Source: Nemertoderma westbladi
Lineage: Eukaryota; Animalia; Xenacoelomorpha
Length of the DNA: 64,000 bases
Direction: 5' to 3'
NCBI GenBank assembly: GCA_032718475.1
Contig: JAUCBJ010001161.1
Span: 1 to 64,000, forward strand
The translations under genes were made by a program, and so were the position numbers. Below the pieces are notes generated by a model that was given only the letters and a program-made list of their open reading frames with translations, was not told the DNA's origin and did no database searches. This document shows positions 57,088 to 64,000 of the stretch, piece by piece (positions within the stretch are counted from its first letter, which is position 1; every line of letters starts with the position of its first letter).

Positions 57088-59300
57088 TCAGATACGTAAA
57101 CCTAAGGGGATTCCAGCACCATGCTCTGCCCCAATACTACGCCACTTTGTCCTCGACGCCCTTAAGCAGGCACAAGTTGCCCTCAGCACCCCAAACGAGA
57201 GGCGCGCCCTCACCCATCCCATGACACAGCTGTAAGGCTTTGCCAATTTCTTGGATATTTTATTTGCCAATTTCTGGCCTGTCGGCCAGCCTCTATAACG
57301 CCATGGAGTACTCAGGGGCGAGCAAGCCATCCACCGTTACCACAAGAGGGGTAAAATCGGCCTGACGAAGGGCACAGGCGTCGTGGTATTTCGTCTTCTT
57401 CTCATGCTCAGCATCAATCAGTATGGAGGCCGTCAGAAGCGACACGTATGAGGGGGCACCAGGGTCAACGTCCCGAACATCGAATAATGCCCGTCTCTGT
57501 GGCTGCCAATAGCCCCTTACCGAAAGGTCTGCACGTAGACCCACCACCCCATGTCACCTCACGAATCACTGGCTCCCATGCTATGCATGACTCAGGGAAG
57601 GCGAGACTGAACAGGTCGCCCTGGATGTCCCGAACCTCATTGTGGCGGAGGGTTACCAGGCGCCCCTTCTTGCAATCGAGCGCGTGGGTTGTGGTAAATA
57701 CTTCCCTGCAACCATCACACCTCGCATGGGCACCAACCAGGGGACGTCCATATCGGAGGTAAAGACCATCCCGGAATTCATTGGCAGACAGGTAAAAGTG
57801 GTGACATCAGACTGGGGCGACCGTGAACCAGCCTGAGGTCCGTTCCGAAGCAGCCTGCTCAATCGTGCGAACTCATTCAGGGGGGGGGGGGGGGGGCGTC
57901 GGACACTTTCCCAATCACCTCCTCCTCCTTGGGCTGTTTCTGGAGACGTTGTTTGTTCTTGGCTTCCTTCAGGCAACTCATGTGGTCTGCATGTGAGAAA
58001 ACGGTGTCACCTTTGATAGCAGCGACTGCCACTGCAGTACCTTCATGCAAAGTCGTGTAAGAGAGTGAAGCTGTCTCACAAGGGTTCCAGATAACCAGGC
58101 CCCCAGATCGCGGTGGTAGTGCGAAAAACTCTCGCTCTAAAGCAGTTGACAGAGCGTCTAGGATGGCAGGGATGAACGAATCTGCAACTACTCGTTCAAT
58201 GGATGTATAGGGCGAAGGGTCCTAATCCAACGTGACAGGAATGACTCGCTGTAGGTAGTCCCATTCACATTGCAGACTCCTGGTGAATGCAGCATAAGCA
58301 GCCTGTGGCTGATTGGTAGCAACACTGGCTAATCTAGACACTGCACACTCCCATGTCGCTACCTTCCCGGAGATATACTCGGCCTGGAGGGAAGCATCAC
58401 CCACAAAGCCGCCCAGAGTACGAGTGCCCTTTACAATTCCTCGTCCATCCACCCTAACCCCAAGGTCACGGAACAACTCTTGGGCTAGGGTAACATCACA
58501 GTCCTCAACAACCAACATACACTTGTCAGGCTCTGGGTAATAGCTGTAGGAGGGGCCGAGCTCCTTGAGGAGAATAAACCACTCGAGCAAGTCAGATAAT
58601 GTAGTGGCATTCTGAGCATCGTCAGCGAACCATACTTGAGTCCATGCCACTGAATTCTTTAGCTTAATGATGAGGGAATACACCGCGACCGCGTAACCTA
58701 GCATCGCAAAGGGGTCCCCCTGCGTCCAACCTTCCCTACTAGGTAGGGTGACCGCCCCTCGCTCACCATGGATAATCAGGGAGGCATACCCCCGGTATGT
58801 GTTGAACAAGAAGCGGGACTCGCGTGGCCAAAGCATACGAAAGTTCCAGAGTGCTGTCACTCGGTTTACTGCGTTAAAAGCGTTTCTAGCGTCGACTAGT
58901 AAAACGCCCCAACCATCACCCTGGTGTTCCTCCCATAAGCCCCCTACCGCATGAACTGCGGCTTCGATGCCAGCCGACAAGCCACTACATAACTGGTCCA
59001 TTCCACACAGTGTCTGTACATCAGCCTGCGTGGTTTCCGCCATACACTTTCCGAGAACTCTACACAGTGACTCCCCGACCCCAATTGCGCGTACACCTGG
59101 GCACTTGTCCAATGCAATTAATCTGCAAGCCATCAGTGCGCGAATTGACTCCCATTCAACAACTTGGTTGGCCAGACGACGTACTAGGCTGGCAATTGCC
59201 TCTCTGAGTCGGGAACTGCCTGTTCTGCGGTAGAGGAGCATATCCTGCCAATGCACTGAGTCTGCGCCACCCGGTCCAGACGGGCCACAGTCTGTATTAT
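57088..59300 (-). pseudogene. CRE-like non-LTR retrotransposon (RT, CCHC and restriction-like endonuclease), 5'-truncated and frameshifted
   Basis: RLIALDKCPGVRAIGVGE, LLVDARNAFN, TQGDP, WFADD, then CKKG...RHNEVRD, RADLSVRGYW...ALFDVR, HEKKTKY. Confidence 0.82.
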
Positions 59301-59319
59301 AGAAGGCAGTCACCTGCCT

Positions 59320-59540
59320 TCTATAATGCATTTTGCAACACAGAAGTTTTAAGATCACAATTATATTGAGCATATTGGAAGTGTGCTGAACATACGTGGT
59401 CGGGAGACTGAATAAAAGGCCTTGAAGAAGTCAACAAAGATGCCAGACAGATGCCCGTCTTTCTTTTTTGATAACTCTTCAATTATCCTTCTAAGTGCTA
59501 AAATGGGCTCCTTTGTCCCACGACCTTTTCGGCTGCATTG
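59320..59540 (-). pseudogene. RTE-like RT fragment
   Basis: RKGRGTKEPILALRRIIEE...IFVDFFKAFYSVSR. Confidence 0.7.
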
Positions 59541-59904
59541 CGAATAGCATTGCGTGTTTTTATAATTTTTATGCGTAGAGGAGCCGTTGTTTCTCATACG
59601 TAGTTTACAACTTTACGAGTACACTGACTATATGCAATATATTCTTTCGGTATTTAAATATTATTTTACTACTCTTTGTTTTTGGTGGTTAAACTATTCT
59701 AATTATTTTTGGTGCTATTTAAGTCTTAAAAATTCTATATCTTTAGTGCTTAAAAGATATTTCTAGAACTCGTTTGACGGTCACTAACAGAGATAGGCGT
59801 AGCATTAAACATTATTTAAAATTATTTCTAGGTTGGCCTTTCCAAGACCTACCGGTAACAACAACCGCTGTTGTAGCATTTTACATTATCTTAATCTGTT
59901 AGAT

Positions 59905-60190
59905 TTATGTGCTGACTCCCTTACGTATTCGAAGGTCCTCACCTGACTTCCGGATCCATGATCCTAGGTAACAGAAGTCGTCCACATGCTCAAGCATACC
60001 ATCCTTTGAGCTTATGCTCATCCGATCAGAGACTTGCTGAGGACTTTCAAAGTTAACTGTCAAAATTTTGGTCTTTCTGGAGTTAATAAAAAGACCAACA
60101 CTAGAAGCAGCATGTTCTAATGAGCGGAGGAGCCGTTGGGCTCCCTCTAATGATTCTGAGAATACTCCTAAGTCATCATCATGTAGGTGG
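59905..60190 (-). pseudogene. RTE-like RT fragment (DD motif and thumb)
   Basis: DDDLGVFSESLEGAQRLL...GLFINSRKTKIL...LEHVDDFCYLGSWI. Confidence 0.7.
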
Positions 60191-60610
60191 CAAATTTTCT
60201 TGATCATTGACCTAGAATACCTGACATGACCTTTAATAAGAATTCGTCATATTTCATTTATAATTTATAATATTTGTGTAATTCAACTTTCAATTATATA
60301 TTAAATAAATACATGTTACTCACTCTCACACGTTCTATCAATCAAAATGATGATGTTTTCTGCAATTATTTTATAAAAAATGGTTCATAATTTCGATTTA
60401 AATATCCTACTGTTAATATATTCAAAGTTAATAAAACGTCAATGATTTTATTTAATTGGCATTTTAAAGTACCAATACTGTGGATGGATTTATCCCACTG
60501 GTTTTGCAAGAAATACTATAATTATATTTTTGACATGTAAAATTAATTGTAAATAAATTGAATATAAGTAGAACTCCACAATACTAATCCACTATCGATA
60601 ATCTATAATT

Positions 60611-60799
60611 TAGTTTTAGTTTTATGCCTGGAGCTGGACTGTATGGTGTGGTGTGGTGTCTGTATGTGATCCTAAAGAGTGAACATATATGGTTGAGCGA
60701 CTAGTTTTAGTTTTATGCCTGGAGCTGGACTGTATGGTGTGGTGTGGTGTCTGTATGTGATCCTAAAGAGTGAACATATATGGTTGAGCGACTAGTTTT
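60611..60799. repeat. 91-bp perfect tandem duplication
   Basis: TAGTTTTAGTTTTATGCCTGGAGCTGG...GAGCGAC at 60611 and 60702. Confidence 0.92.
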
Positions 60800-60950
60800 G
60801 GTTAGGTTAGGTTTATGTTCTTCTATCATTGTATGTATCAGTAGCTTAGCTGGTGACCTATGCTGATAGGTTTGGAATGCAACTGTGTGCTTTCGATTTT
60901 CGCCATCCGTTTGGCAAGCTAGTTGAGATACGTCTGTCTAATTGTCTGTA

Positions 60951-61233
60951 CATTTATTATAGGAAGGGATCTAGGGGTCTTAACCTCGAATGATAAGTTT
61001 ATTTTACCGAAAATATCTTATCTTTTATTGGCGCAATTGTAGGACTAATCCCATCACATGCGTACTTTTTAACCGGGTAGTGTACAAATTTAGGAATCGC
61101 GTAATTTTTCTTGAAATTAATATCTCATAACTCTCCAAACCACGTACATAAAAAGATAAAAGATAAGTTATTTTCGGTAAAATAAACTTATCATTCGAGG
61201 TTAAGACCCCTAGATCCCTTCCTATAATAAATG
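60951..61233. mobile_element. MITE with about 65-bp TIRs and TA flanks
   Basis: CATTTATTATAGGAAGGGATCTAGGGGTCTTAACCTCGAATGATAAGTTTATTTTACCGAAAATA and its reverse complement ending at 61233; TA on both sides. Confidence 0.85.
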
Positions 61234-61509
61234 TATAATAACAAATACCTCGATAAATACAGCTTGCCAACACATTGTTGCTATCAATAATTGTCTGTAG
61301 TGTGTTCTGTTCAATAGGCCCAAGAGTCAGACTCTATCAGCAGTCAAATGAAACTGTAATAGTTGACCTACAATAATCTTGTGTCTAGCAGGATGTATAC
61401 AGGGTAAGGACAGGCAGATCACCGCCAATAAATAATTCTGGCTTATTCTCTCTCTGCTGCATTACAAAACTCGATCCAATTGGCCACTCGGCAACAAATC
61501 ATTTATCAT

Positions 61510-62140
61510 TGATAGAGTCCCGGACCGAACCCAGGGGGTGGACAGAGAGCCGGACCGAACCAAGGGGGCGGACAGAGTCCCGGACCGAACAAGGGGGCGG
61601 ACAGAGTCCCGGAACGAACCCAGGGGGTGGACAGAGACCCGGGCCGAATCAAGGGGGCGGACAGAGACCCGGACCGAACCAAGGCAAGGGGGCGGACAAT
61701 TACCCACAGTTGGCTTATGGGGCGGACAGAGACCCGAACCGAACCCAGGTGGTGGACAGAGACCCGGATCGAACCAAGGGGCGGACAGAGACCCGGACCG
61801 AACCAAGGGGGCGGACAGAGACGCGGACCGAACCAAGGGGGCGGACAGAGACGCGGACCGAACCAATGGGGCGGACAAATACTCAGTTATCTTAGGGGGC
61901 GGACAGAGACCCGGACCGAACCAAGGGGGCGGACAGTGTCACGGACCGAACCCAGGGCGCAGACAAAGTCATGGACCGAACCAGGGTGTGGACAGAATGC
62001 CAGACCGAACCCAGGGGTGGACAGAGACCCGGACCGATCCAAGGGGGCGGACAGAGACCCGGACAGAACCAAGGGGGCAGACAATTACCCACAGTTGGCT
62101 TATGGGGCAGACAGAGACCCGAACCGAACCCAGGGGCGGC
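61510..62140. repeat. GC-rich minisatellite of about 29-30 bp
   Basis: GGACAGAGACCCGGACCGAACCAAGGGGGC repeated about 20 times, with two CAATTACCCACAGTTGGCTTATGGGG variants. Confidence 0.92.
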
Positions 62141-62189
62141 GGCCCGCCCGCCCGGTGGCGGCGGCCCGGACAGCCACACAGTGGATTCT

Positions 62190-62620
62190 AGACAATGTAC
62201 AGTAACACATAAAGATGAAAGTTCACTTACTCAAAAATGGTACGCTATGGTGATGGAAGCGTTGCTGGGCGACCTAAATAGTTAAGAGATTATTGGGAGG
62301 TGGTGAACTCAATAGGGCCAGGATATGGGTATTTCCCATATCATATGAAATCTACTTTATCGTAAAGGAAGAGCACAGAGCTCAGGCAGAGGCGATTATA
62401 GCAGGAACCGGCATCCAACTTCCCTATGGACACCGGGTACTTGGATCTGTAATAGGATCTCAGCCAGCCTGTCAGACATTCATATCACAGCGAGTCGGCC
62501 AACTACAAAAGGAGTTACCTTGATTAAATGATTTCGCAGGTTCAGCCCCACACCCCGTTTACAGCTGCCTAATGTATGCAGCCAAAGTTTACTTATCTCT
62601 CTCGTACAACCCCAGATTTC
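62190..62620 (+). pseudogene. CRE-like RT fragment
   Basis: LTQKWYA(DD)...IGPGYGYFP...FIVKEEH...GHRVLGSVIGS; homologous to 58300-58650 on the minus strand. Confidence 0.65.
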
Positions 62621-62761
62621 GTGGAAAACTTGTTCCATTTGTGCGTTTGCTTTTGATTTATTATAGCATTGTTATTATTATTTGAAATAATATTATTTAT
62701 TTTGTTCATATATTATATTAAACATTTACAATCTCTTTAGTATAAATTCCTTTCAATAATT

Positions 62762-63388
62762 ATGAAACACTTATTGATTCTTACATCACTTGTGGCAGTT
62801 GGCTACGGTTTGAGTTGCCACAGTGCCGGGCCAGATGGAAAAATGAGTAGAGATGGTTGCGTACGATGTGTTGTAAGTCTTCAGCAATAAATATTAGACT
62901 ATCTGTACAAGTGTAACGGATTGAGGCTGTCAGACTGGGCGGGGTCCATGGTTCCTGGGATGGAGGCTGTCAGACAAGGTGGGGTGGGGTCCATGGTTCT
63001 GGGATGGCGGCATTCAGAGAAGTTAGGGTCCATGGTTCCGTTCATGGAGGTTTCCATACAAATTTCTCCCCTGGCACGCCCTGATGACCCCCCCCCCCCC
63101 CCCCCCCCATTGAATTAATAAATTAAATTATAATTTATTGTATTCGAATGTATTGCTCTGTTGTGTTATTGTACGACAATGTTATTATTTCAGACTATGA
63201 CCATAGTCCACCATGGCGGAATCCCTCCAACCACAATGCCAATGTGTTTACCTAAAGACGCCCCTCTATCTGACACCGAATGCAACACAATAGAGACCTA
63301 CATTTGTGCTGGACAAAGAGGCGACCCTAGTGCACCTCCAGACACTTCTTGTAGTGTCACTTGCTGTGATGAAGACCTTTGCAACTAA
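62762..63388 (+). CDS. Secreted Ly6/uPAR (three-finger fold) protein, 101 aa, two coding exons (62762-62872 and 63194-63388)
   Basis: Signal peptide MKHLLILTSLVAVGYG then LSC; phase-0 GTAAGT...TTTCAG intron; 10 Cys; ends CCDEDLCN*; AATAAA near 63540 and 63609. Confidence 0.85.
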
Positions 63389-63718
63389 AAATTAATTCTT
63401 TAAATAGACTAGGACAATCTACTTTCTTTTTGAATGTTAGGTGATGGAATTTAAAAATAATTAAAAGGTCTAAAAAACAACCAACTGTATTGGGTTAGCC
63501 TGTGTAAAGTAAATACAACTATATATCTTCTTAACAAACAATAAAAATTAATTTTATTGTTAAAAATGCAAAAAAACATTTTCACTTAAATCTGTTCTTT
63601 TATTTGACAATAAATAAAATATGCCTTACCGGTATCTGTCGCTCGTTCCAAAATCAATTTATTTAATGGTTGAACGCTACGATAAACTATATCTAGAGAT
63701 GGGAAGGATAATAAAGTA

Positions 63719-64000
63719 TGTACGCGCTTTTGAAGACCTTTAGCAGTTTAACCTGCCAAAATTTATATGTCTTTTGGTTTATAAATAGACTTTAGTAAAT
63801 GACAAGTATTTAATACTAATAAACACAACATTAGCCGAAGCCAGCCTAGTGCGCGTCCATTCACCCATTGGATATACCCGGGAGACTGGATTCGGATGGG
63901 GCTTAGATTGTTATTGCAGTGTAAGCTTACTGTATTATTCGATTGATCGTTAATAAATAATTTCTGACTAATATTATTCACTTTCGGGAAATATTAACAG
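63719..64000 (-). repeat. Start of another A-family LTR (runs off the window)
   Basis: TGTACGCGCTTTTGAAGACC..., close but not identical to 4272-4550. Confidence 0.93.

Noticed and set aside
61462-62285. Multiple overlapping ORFs on both strands
   Set aside because: Stop-free GC-rich minisatellite

Overview
Eukaryotic (probably invertebrate, organism not identifiable from sequence alone) transposon graveyard with a six-level insertion nest whose junctions can all be read from target-site duplications. A CR1/L2-type LINE is split at a TTAA by a Kolobok-type DNA transposon (3891-55674). That transposon hosts BEL/Pao LTR element A (4272-22724, minus strand, near-intact) and its relative B (24861-55215, minus, internally deleted). 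B hosts intact BEL/Pao element C (25461-32840, plus) and gag-protease-only element D (37413-47904, plus). D hosts a non-autonomous DNA element E (40849-43697), which contains a CRE-like LINE fragment. The right flank has CRE-like and RTE-like fragments, MITEs, a minisatellite, a two-exon secreted Ly6/three-finger gene and the start of another A-family LTR. The most unusual biology is in A, B and D. (1) They lack a tRNA primer-binding site. Instead the bases abutting the 5' LTR are complementary to a site inside the element's own LTR (11/11 in A and B with compensatory changes, 10/11 in D), suggesting Tf1-like self-priming in BEL/Pao. (2) A carries an extra ~1417-codon ORF with a DEDDy-type 3'-5' exonuclease-like domain and CCHC knuckles instead of env. 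(3) All three have a +1 frame break upstream of the capsid domain. The tRNA-primed element C has none of these features. All homology calls are from motif recognition by eye, not database searches.
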